Part shown: piece by piece, positions 34,460-43,999 of the stretch | Layout of the letters: the number at the start of each line of letters is the position of its first letter | Numbering within the stretch: position 1 is the first letter of the stretch | DNA from: an uncultured Nitrospira sp. | Lineage (GTDB): Bacteria; Nitrospirota; Nitrospiria; Nitrospirales; Nitrospiraceae | DNA length: 64,000 bases | Assembly: GCA_964412445.1 (NCBI GenBank) | Contig: CAYPOR010000001.1 | Span: forward strand, 15,586-79,585 | Direction of reading: 5' to 3' | Translations under genes and position numbers: made by a program | The notes under the pieces: generated by a model | What the model was told of the DNA's origin: nothing | Seen by the model: only the letters and a program-made list of their open reading frames with translations | Database searches by the model: none

Positions 34460-36316
34460 TTAGATCTGCTTGTCCAATGTTTGAGACCCACCTGCCATGG
34501 CCGGCAACGCCCCATGGCTGTCGGCGCCCTTTTCCTTGCCGCCATGCGTGTTCTTGCCCTTATCGCCCATGGTCGCCACCCAAAAGATGAACGCCACGAT
34601 CATGCAGAAGAAGAACGTGTTGGCCGCCATGAGGGCCGCCGCGTAGCCGAGAGCCGGCGAGAACGCATATTGCGACGAATCCCGCATCACGCCGTAGACA
34701 TGCCAGTGCACGCGCGAAGACGACCGGGCATAGCCCATCAAGGTCATCAGCAGAATGACCATCACCGCGTTCAGGACGAGCGAGTAGCCGGCGCGCGGCG
34801 GCATGCGGCCCCAGACCATTTCCGTGGTGGTCTTCGCGCTCTTGAGAATCGCGGAGGTCAACAGCGTGAAGGTCACCAACACGAAGAGGACGATGCCGAC
34901 CTGCGAGGTCGAGAAGTAGTTGATGCGGATGATGGCCGGCACAAAGTATCCGTAGACGCCGAGCGAAATAACGGCGATACCGGCGATGACGAGCAGCGCA
35001 TTCATGACGGCTTTCGCGACGCGCGCCCATCCGACCGTAGCCTGCTTACCGGCCTGCCAGTACATCAGAAAGCTCATGAAGGTGACGAGCACCATCAGAT
35101 TCGAGACTGTCATCTTCGCCGACATGACGCCGAAGACACCTAGCAACGGATGGTGCGTGCCGCCCATCTTCTGGGCTTCTTCGAGGCTCGCGACCAGCGA
35201 GTGCGGAGTCATCCAGACGCCGAGGCAGAGCAGGAGAATCACCAACATCGTCAGAATCGGCTTCTTGTATTGTGCTTCCGATCCAGGGATGCGGTGGGTA
35301 ATACCCATCCAGAAATAGTAGTTCGACCCGAGGAAGAGCACGCCGATGAGCATGGCCTGCAGGATGAACAGCCAGGACAGAAATCCGCCCATCAGGGTGA
35401 TGCCCATCTGCTGGTTGTACTGATAGATTTCGCGCATGAGCCAGTACCCGGCAAAGGGCAGCGGGAGCAACCCGAAGACGCCGATGAAGTTCCCGACGTA
35501 GCCCATCCAGTCGTAATGCTCACGCTCCTCCGGTCCCTTGGCTGACAGATAACGAATGCCGGCGTACGCGCCGCAGATATAGCCGCCGAGCACGACGTTG
35601 GCGATCAGGCGATGGATGTTGACCGGCCACCAGGTCGGGTTCCAGGTCGCCGCCCAGGCTCTGGCAAGATCGGAACCTTCGGCGATGACCACCGGACTCG
35701 CCTGGAACGTGGCCCAGGAGTTCGGGATGATCATGATGAAAAACGCAAAGAAATTGAGCATGAATCCGAGGAACAGATGGAACACTTTCGAGCCGCCCTC
35801 GGACATCGCATCCCACCCGTACCAGTACATGTACAAAGTGGCCGTCTCGAGCAGGAAGAGCGCGCAATACACCATGAACGACGGGAAGAAAATGTCGCTC
35901 AGGTACGCCATCAGCTTCGGATAGGCGCCGATCAGGATGAAGAGGAGAATGCCGCCGAAGAGCGCCGTCGTAGAATAGGCCGAACTCAGGAGCTTGGTGA
36001 ACTCCTTGGCCAGTTTGTCATACCGCTTTTCACCGGTTTTCCAGCCGACGACTTCGCAGAGCCAGGCGAAAATCGGCACGCCGAGCACGAAGCCGGCAAG
36101 CAACAGATGCAACTGCGCGATCACCCAGACCAGGTTGCGGCTGCCGACACCAGGAACATCCCGGTAGGCTACGGCCGAGGTGAAGCCAGAATCCGCCGCC
36201 AGCCCGACCATCGGAGCGGCAAGCGCTCCCATCGTCGCAACAAAGGCCGCCACTGCAGCAGGCGATCCGGCCACACGCCGAATAAGCCGTTGAATCATTC
36301 CAGGCCGTTCCATCAT
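34460..36316 (-). CDS. Cytochrome bd-like oxidase subunit I (CydA-like, Nitrospira type)
   Basis: AQLHLLLAGFVLGVPIF, ATLYMYWYGW, NSWATFQASP, NPTWWPVNIHRLIANV; many TMs. SD GGAGAGG favours ATG 36316. Confidence 0.85.
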   Translation of the reverse strand: MMERPGMIQRLIRRVAGSPAAVAAFVATMGALAAPMVGLAADSGFTSAVAYRDVPGVGSRNLVWVIAQLHLLLAGFVLGVPIFAWLCEVVGWKTGEKRYDKLAKEFTKLLSSAYSTTALFGGILLFILIGAYPKLMAYLSDIFFPSFMVYCALFLLETATLYMYWYGWDAMSEGGSKVFHLFLGFMLNFFAFFIMIIPNSWATFQASPVVIAEGSDLARAWAATWNPTWWPVNIHRLIANVVLGGYICGAYAGIRYLSAKGPEEREHYDWMGYVGNFIGVFGLLPLPFAGYWLMREIYQYNQQMGITLMGGFLSWLFILQAMLIGVLFLGSNYYFWMGITHRIPGSEAQYKKPILTMLVILLLCLGVWMTPHSLVASLEEAQKMGGTHHPLLGVFGVMSAKMTVSNLMVLVTFMSFLMYWQAGKQATVGWARVAKAVMNALLVIAGIAVISLGVYGYFVPAIIRINYFSTSQVGIVLFVLVTFTLLTSAILKSAKTTTEMVWGRMPPRAGYSLVLNAVMVILLMTLMGYARSSSRVHWHVYGVMRDSSQYAFSPALGYAAALMAANTFFFCMIVAFIFWVATMGDKGKNTHGGKEKGADSHGALPAMAGGSQTLDKQI

Positions 36317-36342
36317 GGATATCACCTCTCCGTCGCCCAGTC

Positions 36343-37341
36343 TTAGGGTGTTGCTGGCGCCTTCACCGGTGCCTTGGCATCGGCGGGCTTGGCCTTATTA
36401 CCGGCCTTCCCCTTGTCCTTATCTTTTGCCGCTTCTTCTTCAGCCTTCAGCTTTTCAATCGCGTCCACCTGCGCGGTCAACTGCGCGATTGTCTTCTCAT
36501 CTTTATTGAGCGTATCGACGGGCTTGTAGAGCGGCGCGGCTTTCACTTCCGGCTTCTTACAACATTCATGCGGGTGGGGCGTACTGACCGGGAGCGCCGA
36601 CCAGAACAGCATCGAGAGCACCAGGCCGGCCAGTGTCATCGCGGTGAGCATCAGGCCCTGATCGGCCGGCACCCGCATCAAATCCCATCTCATCACCAGC
36701 CCCTGATAGTCGCCGACCGCGGGAGCGGCGTCTTGCGCGGCTCTGCGAATCAAGCGCCCGACCAGCGACACGCCGAGCAGCATCATGGCGATCAGCACGC
36801 CGCTTGAGATGGTGCCCCAGAGGGACAATTCGATTCCGATTTTCTCCGCGACCGGAACGCCTTTCAGCATCTCGGTTTCGAAGAGGCTGTGCGAGAGGTC
36901 GATGGAGGTCTGCGTCGTAAACCCGACTACCAGCCACAACAGCGGCATGAAGAGCGCGCCGGCGATGGCGCTTTTGAGCCAGAGAGAAAGGCCGATGCCG
37001 TCTTGCGGCTCACGCCGCAGCTTTTCGAGGAACAATGTTTTCGCCACCACACCGGTCGCCCAGATGTCGATGGGGATGCAGATCAGAAACAGCAGTGCGA
37101 TACCCGCCCCCTCACCGAGATGCGGCTCAAACAGCATCGCCAGAATGGGCATGGCAAACACCGTCACCGGACTGGCGAGGTACATCAGGAACGCCAGGCC
37201 GATACGCGACTCAAAATGAATGAGCCCCAGGGCCATGAACAACAGGCAGATTCCAATCTTGATTGGGAACCCGGTCCAGCAGGTCGACCAGAGGACGTTC
37301 AATCCAAGCTTGACGGGAGACGGCAATTCTCGCTCGGTCAT
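36343..37341 (-). CDS. Hypothetical polytopic membrane protein of the respiratory cluster
   Basis: About 6 TMs, HPHECC motif, Lys-rich tail. Start MTERELP at 37341; the longer track ORF overlaps cytochrome b. Confidence 0.7.
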   Translation of the reverse strand: MTERELPSPVKLGLNVLWSTCWTGFPIKIGICLLFMALGLIHFESRIGLAFLMYLASPVTVFAMPILAMLFEPHLGEGAGIALLFLICIPIDIWATGVVAKTLFLEKLRREPQDGIGLSLWLKSAIAGALFMPLLWLVVGFTTQTSIDLSHSLFETEMLKGVPVAEKIGIELSLWGTISSGVLIAMMLLGVSLVGRLIRRAAQDAAPAVGDYQGLVMRWDLMRVPADQGLMLTAMTLAGLVLSMLFWSALPVSTPHPHECCKKPEVKAAPLYKPVDTLNKDEKTIAQLTAQVDAIEKLKAEEEAAKDKDKGKAGNKAKPADAKAPVKAPATP

Positions 37342-37379
37342 AGTTTCATTTGAGGCGCGGTTCACGTCGCCCCACTCGA

Positions 37380-38492
37380 CTAGTCCAAAAATTCCCGGTT
37401 GATAATGGCAGCCACGGTAAAGAGGAGAATCATCGCCATCACGACAATCCAGCCGATCAGGGCGATGGGGCGCTTGAAAATATTGCGCTCCGGATCTTTG
37501 TCGATGAAGGGCAGCGCGGCCAGCAGGGCCATGAACGCCCCCGGCAATGCGATGGCTCCCAGAAACTGCCCGAACTCTCCGCCGAACATCTTGAGCCGCA
37601 ACAACTGGAACAGGAACAGGAAGTACCACTCCGGCTCAGGATGATAATCGCCTGGATCCGGCGTCGCCTCTTCGAGGAGCACGACCGGCTCCCAGAAGGC
37701 GAGGGCGCAAATCGTAAAGAACACGGCGATCATGCCGACGATGTCTTTCCAGATCTGACGCGGGAAGAAGTAGTCGGTCTTGGCCTTGATTTCCTCGGGT
37801 GTCCCGCGGAATGGACCGGCAGGACCGGCGGCTCTGAACAGGAAGATGTGCAACCCGGCCAGCCCCATCAGGGCCGCCGGAAGAATCATGACGTGCACGA
37901 CAAAGAACCGGCTGAGCGTCATTTGCCCGGGAACCGCACCTCCTTTGAGGAAGCGGGCCATGAAGTCTCCGATGACCGGGGTCTTGTCCATGATTTCCAC
38001 GCCGACCGTGGTGGCCCAATAAGCCCGCTGATCCCACGGCAGCAGATACCCGGTAAAGCCGAATCCCATGACAATGCCGAAGAGGGCCAGCCCCACCAGC
38101 CAGATCAGTTCGCGCGGACTCTTGTAGGCCCCCCAGAGAAAGACCTGCGACATATGGGCGAACACACAGACTACCATCGCGGTCGATCCCCAGAAATGGT
38201 AGCTGAGGAGGAACCAGCCGTAGTCGACTTCGTGAATGATGTACTGGGTGCTGGCAAACGCGTGATCGGCGGTCGGCACGTAGTAGAACATCAGCAGGAT
38301 ACCGGTGACCGCCTGCATGATGAAGATGAACAGGAGAATCGAGCCGAACACGTAGGCCCAGCGGGACCCGCCTGGCACCGGCTCATTGAGCATTTTCGCT
38401 TGAATCGTCTTGAGCCCCACCCGCTCGTCGACGAAGGCGATCACTTTTTCGAGTGCGGTAAGCCCGGCTGAAGAAGTCGGTGTCTGTTGCAT
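37380..38492 (-). CDS. qcrB: Cytochrome b subunit of a Rieske/cytochrome b complex
   Basis: SYHFWGS...FAH and VVH...GLH heme ligand pairs, GFTGYLLPWDQ, PEWY motif in the fused subunit-IV-like part. Confidence 0.9.
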   Translation of the reverse strand: MQQTPTSSAGLTALEKVIAFVDERVGLKTIQAKMLNEPVPGGSRWAYVFGSILLFIFIMQAVTGILLMFYYVPTADHAFASTQYIIHEVDYGWFLLSYHFWGSTAMVVCVFAHMSQVFLWGAYKSPRELIWLVGLALFGIVMGFGFTGYLLPWDQRAYWATTVGVEIMDKTPVIGDFMARFLKGGAVPGQMTLSRFFVVHVMILPAALMGLAGLHIFLFRAAGPAGPFRGTPEEIKAKTDYFFPRQIWKDIVGMIAVFFTICALAFWEPVVLLEEATPDPGDYHPEPEWYFLFLFQLLRLKMFGGEFGQFLGAIALPGAFMALLAALPFIDKDPERNIFKRPIALIGWIVVMAMILLFTVAAIINREFLD

Positions 38493-38497
38493 AGTGA

Positions 38498-39433
38498 TCA
38501 GATGATCCGGATTTGAGTTTTAGTGCCGGCTTTGAATTCCATATCGATGATTTCCACCTCGCCGCCCGCCGACACCCTGATCGGTAGCGCGTCGAGCGCA
38601 CGCGGGGCCGGACCATCGAGCACCTTGCCGGACGCATCGTAGATGCTCAAATGACAGGGACACAGAAACACCTGCCCCAGCACTTTATGCTGGCGCCACT
38701 TGTAGCCGCAGCCCAGGTGCGGACATTTACCCGAGAAGGCCACGTACGGGAAATCTTTTTTGTTCGTCCAGACGGTCTTACCGAAGGCGTCCTTAAACTC
38801 CATGTCCTTGCCCTGGTAGATTTTTTCCTGGACGCCGGGAGTGACCTTCAACACCCAGACGTTTTTCTCGATTTCGGACTCCGGCATGTAAGCTTCTTTG
38901 ACTTTGCGCTTGTACTTGAACTGGAAGCCGATGTCGTCCTGCTTGATCTTGCTGACGTTGCCGATCTTGAGCCAGCCGTTGTCGAACGGGGAATACATCG
39001 GCTTCATGAGATAGCGCAAGACCGGGAAGGCGATCGGGAGGCCGATCAGGAAGCCGATCACGTGTGTGAAATTCATGAAGAAGGTGCGCCGCTTGACGCT
39101 CTTCTCTAATTCCGGGAACGGGACCAGCACTTCACCCGGCGTGACATGCACACGCTCTTCCAGGTGGGCGATCTCGACCTCATGGGTCGTCACGAAGTCG
39201 TCCCGCTTGAAGGGCGGCAACTCAAGAATGTCGCCGGCCGCCGCGCGCAGCTCGACCAGACTGTCGGTGACCGACTGGACGAAGGCCATCGATACCTGCC
39301 GCTCTCCGCTGCCGTTCATCGAGACCACGATATGGCTGATCTCGTGCGAAAGCGGATCGACAACGACCTTCGACACTTCTCCGATTTCACGGTCCGTCGC
39401 GCGGACCTTGGATTTAAGTTTCGGCTGCATCAT
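38498..39433 (-). CDS. qcrA: Rieske iron-sulfur protein with N-terminal PRC-barrel domain
   Basis: CPHLGC and CPCH boxes, GPAPR.L; internal KRRTFF + TM; N-terminal V...DREIGEV..VVVDP PRC-barrel pattern. Confidence 0.88.
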   Translation of the reverse strand: MMQPKLKSKVRATDREIGEVSKVVVDPLSHEISHIVVSMNGSGERQVSMAFVQSVTDSLVELRAAAGDILELPPFKRDDFVTTHEVEIAHLEERVHVTPGEVLVPFPELEKSVKRRTFFMNFTHVIGFLIGLPIAFPVLRYLMKPMYSPFDNGWLKIGNVSKIKQDDIGFQFKYKRKVKEAYMPESEIEKNVWVLKVTPGVQEKIYQGKDMEFKDAFGKTVWTNKKDFPYVAFSGKCPHLGCGYKWRQHKVLGQVFLCPCHLSIYDASGKVLDGPAPRALDALPIRVSAGGEVEIIDMEFKAGTKTQIRII

Positions 39434-40239
39434 TACTTCATCTTGATGGGTTTCGGTGTATTGACCGACGTGTTCTTGAACGTCGAGAGCCAGGCAGCCA
39501 GCGCCTGCACATCCTTCAGCTCCATCAGGTCCTTGTATTTATCCGGCATCTTGCCCTTGTCATACTCGGCATCGAACCCTTCCGCCTTGTACGATTTCGG
39601 ATCAAGAATCTTCTTCGCGATCTCTTCCTGCGGCAGAAGCGTTCCGATGTTATCCAGCTCAGGTCCCCGCTTCTTTCCGCCCTCACCCTTCAACTTGTGG
39701 CAGTTATAACATTCCTGGAGCTGCCACTGCTCTTCACCGATCTTCAGGACATCGCCCCCTGACGCTCCGGCAGAAGCAGGAACCGCCGCAGCCGCGCCGG
39801 CATCTTGACCGGCAGCACCCTGCACGGTTCCCAGCGCCTTGATCCGCTCGGTCAGCTCCTTAGCCTTCTGATCCAGCTCCTTCGTGCGCGCAATGACTTC
39901 GTCCGCCTTCCAGGGATCCAGGATGTTCGGCTTCCCCTTCAAGATCTTGACGATTTTCCCCTTCTCATCTTCCGGATCGTATTGCGGCCAGAGGGATGCG
40001 CCGGAAATGAAGACCGTACAAAGAACCGCATAGAACACCAGAAGCGAGACGAGCGCTTTTCCGCCGCTCATCACTTTCATCGTCGGCGCATCGAGGATCA
40101 AGAAAACGATGGTCCCCAGCACGGCATACCCAAAGAAAAGCCATCGGAAGACAGGGGGGAAATCGAACGCCATCGTGGCCATATACAGGCCGGCGCCGAT
40201 CACGAGTCCGACGATAATCTTGATGATTGCCTTGCCCAT
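39433..40239 (-). CDS. Membrane-anchored cytochrome c (cytochrome c1 surrogate)
   Basis: Three TMs, coiled coil, CYNCH, GPEL..IG, KMP. Confidence 0.85.
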   Translation of the reverse strand: MGKAIIKIIVGLVIGAGLYMATMAFDFPPVFRWLFFGYAVLGTIVFLILDAPTMKVMSGGKALVSLLVFYAVLCTVFISGASLWPQYDPEDEKGKIVKILKGKPNILDPWKADEVIARTKELDQKAKELTERIKALGTVQGAAGQDAGAAAAVPASAGASGGDVLKIGEEQWQLQECYNCHKLKGEGGKKRGPELDNIGTLLPQEEIAKKILDPKSYKAEGFDAEYDKGKMPDKYKDLMELKDVQALAAWLSTFKNTSVNTPKPIKMK

Positions 40240-40289
40240 AATGCTCCTCGCTCTAAATCCCTATGAATGCACCAGGATAAATTCGAACG

Positions 40290-41993
40290 CTACTTCGCTC
40301 CGGCCGGAACAGGACTGCCCTCCGGCGCATGTTCCTTCGGATGCGATGCCCGCAGCGTCACGATGATCGCGAAACTGACCACGGCATAGAACACCACGGT
40401 GATGCCGGTGATATACCAGGCCGAATAGGCCAGGGTCGGCGTAAACGACTCCGCCGTAAAGTCCGGCAGCAAGTTATACGTATGGAAGTACTTCCGCAGG
40501 AGCGACCGCACCGCGCCCATCAAGCCCATCGTCCAGATTGCGCTGAATGCCAGGAAAATCAGGACGAACTGCGACGCGTAATCGATCTTGCCCCAGACAA
40601 TCGTCCCCTGGGTCACCGCCCGATTGTAGATGATGTAGTTGACGACCGTGACGAATACCAGCGTGAAGGCCGCGGAGTTCTTCGCCGGCATCAACGCCAG
40701 GAAGTTCCAATCCGACGGCAATTCCAATTCCGCCACCAGCTTGGCGCCGGTCGGCACAAACCCGTGCGGCGTCAGCCAGATGGCATTGCCCACCACCACC
40801 ATCAAGAATCCGATCTTGATGACCGTGCGAGACGACACCGTGATCGGAATAAACCGACCGAGGATCGCGGGAGCCAGCAACATCGGCAGGAGGAACATCA
40901 ATGACTTGGGATCCGGCGCCGGATAATCGGTCAGGACCTTGGTCATGACCAGGGGCAGCGCGACCATCACGATCGGGGCGATAATGGTCATGCGGACCTT
41001 CTCGACCCCCTCGATGCGCTTCATACTCAGCCAGATATAATAGTTACTGGCCAGGAAGATCAGGCCGATCATGGCTCCCTGCATTTCGAAGAACATCGAC
41101 AGCTGGTCGGCCATCATGTACGGGCAGATCGATGCGTCGTAGTCGCACAGCTCATAGGCCAACAGATAGCCCATGAAGGGAAGGAACAAGAGCGCTCCCA
41201 CACCGATCATGTTGCCGACGAAACCCATCCAATCGTAATAGGCCCGCTCTTCATCTTTCGTCGAGCCCATGTACATGTACGCGGCGATCAGCCCGGCGAC
41301 GAATCCGCCGAACGTGACGTTGCCGACCAGCCGGTGCAGATTGAGCGGCATCCAACTGTAGTTGAACATCTTGTCCCAGATGCTGGCCGTCGCCAGGAAC
41401 TCGACCGGAGAGACACCTTCCGCCTTCACCGGCGTATTCATGAACGACGTCGGACCATCGATCACGAAGAGCGTGATCGATCCGATCAGATTCAACAGCA
41501 CACCGAGAGCGATATGCCGCGCTTTCTTATTTCCCTTCCACGCATCCCACGTATAGAAATACATGTAGAGGACGAATGTCTCGCCGATAAACAACAGTGG
41601 ATAGATCACGGCAAAGACGATGAAGAAGTGATTGATCAGCCAGGTGGTGAACTGCGGATAGGTCGCCAGCAGCACGAAGATGAACAAGCCGCCGGTCAAC
41701 GCGGTCATACTGTAGAGAATGACCGTGACCTTCGTGACTTCTTTCGCCAGTCGATCATAGCGGGGATCCTGCTTCCGGTACCCCAGCCACTCCGAGATCA
41801 CAACGAATATCGGCGCTCCAAGAATGAACCCGGCAAACAAGATATGGAGCTGGGCGACGATCCAGACCGCTGTCCGGTTCCCGGTATAGGGGAATTCAAC
41901 CGGCGGCGTCCCAGGGGCCTGTGCATAGGCCGCCCCGCCGAACAGCGCCAGAAGCGCAATGAGAGCCATGAGACTGCGCTGCCATGTTTTCAT
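40290..41993 (-). CDS. Second cytochrome bd-like oxidase subunit I (CydA-like)
   Basis: AQLHILFAGFILGAPIF, LYMYFYTW, TSFMNTP, WMPLNLHRLVGNV. Paralogous to 34460-36316. Confidence 0.85.
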   Translation of the reverse strand: MKTWQRSLMALIALLALFGGAAYAQAPGTPPVEFPYTGNRTAVWIVAQLHILFAGFILGAPIFVVISEWLGYRKQDPRYDRLAKEVTKVTVILYSMTALTGGLFIFVLLATYPQFTTWLINHFFIVFAVIYPLLFIGETFVLYMYFYTWDAWKGNKKARHIALGVLLNLIGSITLFVIDGPTSFMNTPVKAEGVSPVEFLATASIWDKMFNYSWMPLNLHRLVGNVTFGGFVAGLIAAYMYMGSTKDEERAYYDWMGFVGNMIGVGALLFLPFMGYLLAYELCDYDASICPYMMADQLSMFFEMQGAMIGLIFLASNYYIWLSMKRIEGVEKVRMTIIAPIVMVALPLVMTKVLTDYPAPDPKSLMFLLPMLLAPAILGRFIPITVSSRTVIKIGFLMVVVGNAIWLTPHGFVPTGAKLVAELELPSDWNFLALMPAKNSAAFTLVFVTVVNYIIYNRAVTQGTIVWGKIDYASQFVLIFLAFSAIWTMGLMGAVRSLLRKYFHTYNLLPDFTAESFTPTLAYSAWYITGITVVFYAVVSFAIIVTLRASHPKEHAPEGSPVPAGAK

Positions 41994-42032
41994 GATGCCT
42001 CGCCGCTCCTCCTCACGAGATTAATCTGCTGA

Positions 42033-42569
42033 CTACTTACCGGCCTCAGGGGCTGCCGCAGGAGCTGCCGCCGCAGGTGCAGCCGCTACAGCCGCCGCAT
42101 CAACCCACGCCTTTTTGCCTTCATCCCAGCCCTTGCCGGCCAGACCGAAGCTGCGCTCAAACAACACGAGCTTCCAACGATCTTCATCCGACAATTTGCT
42201 CTTCCACGCCTTCATCTTGGTGTTCGGCACGCCTTCCGAAATGCGCCAGAACCACACGGCATCCGAATACAGCTTCATCCGGTCGCCGACACGGAAGTCG
42301 CGGGCGCCCGCCTTGACCGGCTTGCCGTCCTTGCCGTGACAGCTGGCACAGTTCACATCGGGATTCGTCTCGCCGATGAAAAGCTTCCGGCCTTCCTCAA
42401 GCTTGGCCGCATCCGTCCACCAACCGGCCGGCATATGTTTATCCGCATATTCCGCGGGAGCAGGAGGAGGAGGAACGACCGGGCCTTCACCGCCGCCTTC
42501 GCCGCCGCCGCACGCCGCCACCGTCAAGCCCAAACCCAGAACCAACATCAGATGCCACGACATTTTCAT
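42033..42569 (-). CDS. Lipoprotein monoheme cytochrome c
   Basis: Lipobox VAAC, CASCH, WFWRISEG...TKM..W, Ala/Pro tail. Confidence 0.88.
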   Translation of the reverse strand: MKMSWHLMLVLGLGLTVAACGGGEGGGEGPVVPPPPAPAEYADKHMPAGWWTDAAKLEEGRKLFIGETNPDVNCASCHGKDGKPVKAGARDFRVGDRMKLYSDAVWFWRISEGVPNTKMKAWKSKLSDEDRWKLVLFERSFGLAGKGWDEGKKAWVDAAAVAAAPAAAAPAAAPEAGK

Positions 42570-42774
42570 ATGATTTCCTCCACTCCTTTTCTACGACCCA
42601 CAATGCTTTTCAATGCGACTCAGCTTCTTCAAGGCAGAAAAAAACGCCTCCGCAAGGGGCCAACCCTTACAAAAGCGCTACTCTGCGTTCACCAGAACAA
42701 CCACAGCTTTGCGTGCCCCAACATGTCCAACCTTCGACTCCGGCGAGCTCACCCCATGCCCACGGAACAGCCGG

Positions 42775-43320
42775 TCACTTTTTTCGCTTACTCTGCCCCT
42801 TCTCCTGCCTTCCGCCCTGCCTGCGCTGAGACCGAACGACTTTCATGCCAACCAGCAGAACGACCACCCCGCCAACCACCGCCAGAGCACCCCACGCCCA
42901 TACCGGAGGGGCCGATCGATCAACGATGCATCCGGATCCGAAATTGACCTGGATCTTTCGCTCACTCTCAAGATCCTTCGGATCGAACTGAATCTTATGA
43001 TGCTGCTGTTCGCCCTTTACCTCTACCAGAAGCGGATCACCTAGGTTGTCGTTATGCAGGTGAAACGCTGCCCTGTAATACCCCCCGTCATCCGTTGTGA
43101 CGGTCTGCCCGTATGAAATTCTCGTGTCCTTGACCAGGACTTCGGTATTGGCGCTCGGCTTTCCATCGGTAGTACAGACAAACCCTTCGACCGTGTACCG
43201 ATGGTCCGCTTCATGCGTCGCATGCAGAACGGCTGGATGTGCAATGAAGGCGCAGATACCGGCTGTCGCAACTGCTCGCTTCCACCGAAAGCCAGACTTC
43301 CTTCTTAGTTTCCACTCCAC
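42775..43320 (-). CDS. Exported protein (carboxypeptidase-regulatory-like beta domain) with C-terminal TM anchor
   Basis: Signal peptide, HEADHRYTVEG.V...DG, TDDGGYY, C-terminal TM + basic tail. First gene of the respiratory cluster. Confidence 0.65.
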   Translation of the reverse strand: MEWKLRRKSGFRWKRAVATAGICAFIAHPAVLHATHEADHRYTVEGFVCTTDGKPSANTEVLVKDTRISYGQTVTTDDGGYYRAAFHLHNDNLGDPLLVEVKGEQQHHKIQFDPKDLESERKIQVNFGSGCIVDRSAPPVWAWGALAVVGGVVVLLVGMKVVRSQRRQGGRQEKGQSKRKK

Positions 43321-43414
43321 TCGTCTGTGCCGATTCCCTTATTGTCATTCATCAGATGAGGCGCGGCGACTTGCTGAACATACTCACACGCCCCAGCCGA
43401 TTTTAAGGCCGATT

Positions 43415-43443
43415 CTTCTAACACAGCCCCTATTCTTTGTCAA
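43415..43443 (-). promoter_or_regulatory. Sigma70 promoter of the respiratory cluster
   Basis: TTGACA-N17-TAGAAG with TG extension on the minus strand. Confidence 0.55.
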
Positions 43444-43587
43444 TTACAAGACGGGGAAGAATGGTCCGCGTGCGTGATGGATTCCGGATAGACAAAAAGG
43501 CAGTTGACGACAACAAAGCGGGTATGCTTGCAGAGAAATCGGGCAGAAAAAACCGGGAAGACGGCACATAAGAACGGGGAGCACCGA

Positions 43588-43980
43588 CTAGAGGAGACCC
43601 CGCGCGCGCGCCTCGGCCTCAACACGATCGGCCTCTGCGCGCCGCTCCGAGTCTTTTTTCAACGCCCACGCTTCCCACGAATTGCCGCTGGCGGTATCCG
43701 CCCCCGTAAATGCGATGGAGACGATCTCGGCATAGGGAATCTGCCGGGGTGCGGGGTTGTCGGCCGGAAACATTTCGATGACCGGACGAGCGCCCGTCGC
43801 GAGCCTGTTATAGATATACCCCTTAAGCGATTCACCGCCACGAAGTTCGAGCGTCACATCGCCCCGATAGTCGAATGCGAGGTCGATCGCCTCCGCGGTT
43901 TCAGCCGCGGAGGCGGGACGAAACACCCGTCCCTCAAGCGAACCGCTTCCGCCGGTTTCATGGCTCTTCGTGTCAGTCAT
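43588..43980 (-). CDS. Hypothetical protein (possible Sm/SH3-like small beta barrel)
   Basis: SD GAGG; AIDLAFDYRGDVTLELRGGESLKGYIYNR...IPYAEIVSIAF. 19 bp downstream of hpnH. Confidence 0.7.
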   Translation of the reverse strand: MTDTKSHETGGSGSLEGRVFRPASAAETAEAIDLAFDYRGDVTLELRGGESLKGYIYNRLATGARPVIEMFPADNPAPRQIPYAEIVSIAFTGADTASGNSWEAWALKKDSERRAEADRVEAEARARGLL

Positions 43981-43999
43981 ACGACAAACCGCCTCTTAT

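Noticed and set aside
37342-37629. N-terminal extension of the 36343 membrane protein
   Set aside because: Overlaps the cytochrome b C-terminus in another frame; ATG 37341 fits the operon spacing.
42613-43044. 143-aa plus-strand ORF
   Set aside because: Antisense to the 42775-43320 gene and to the cluster 5' region; no motif or SD.
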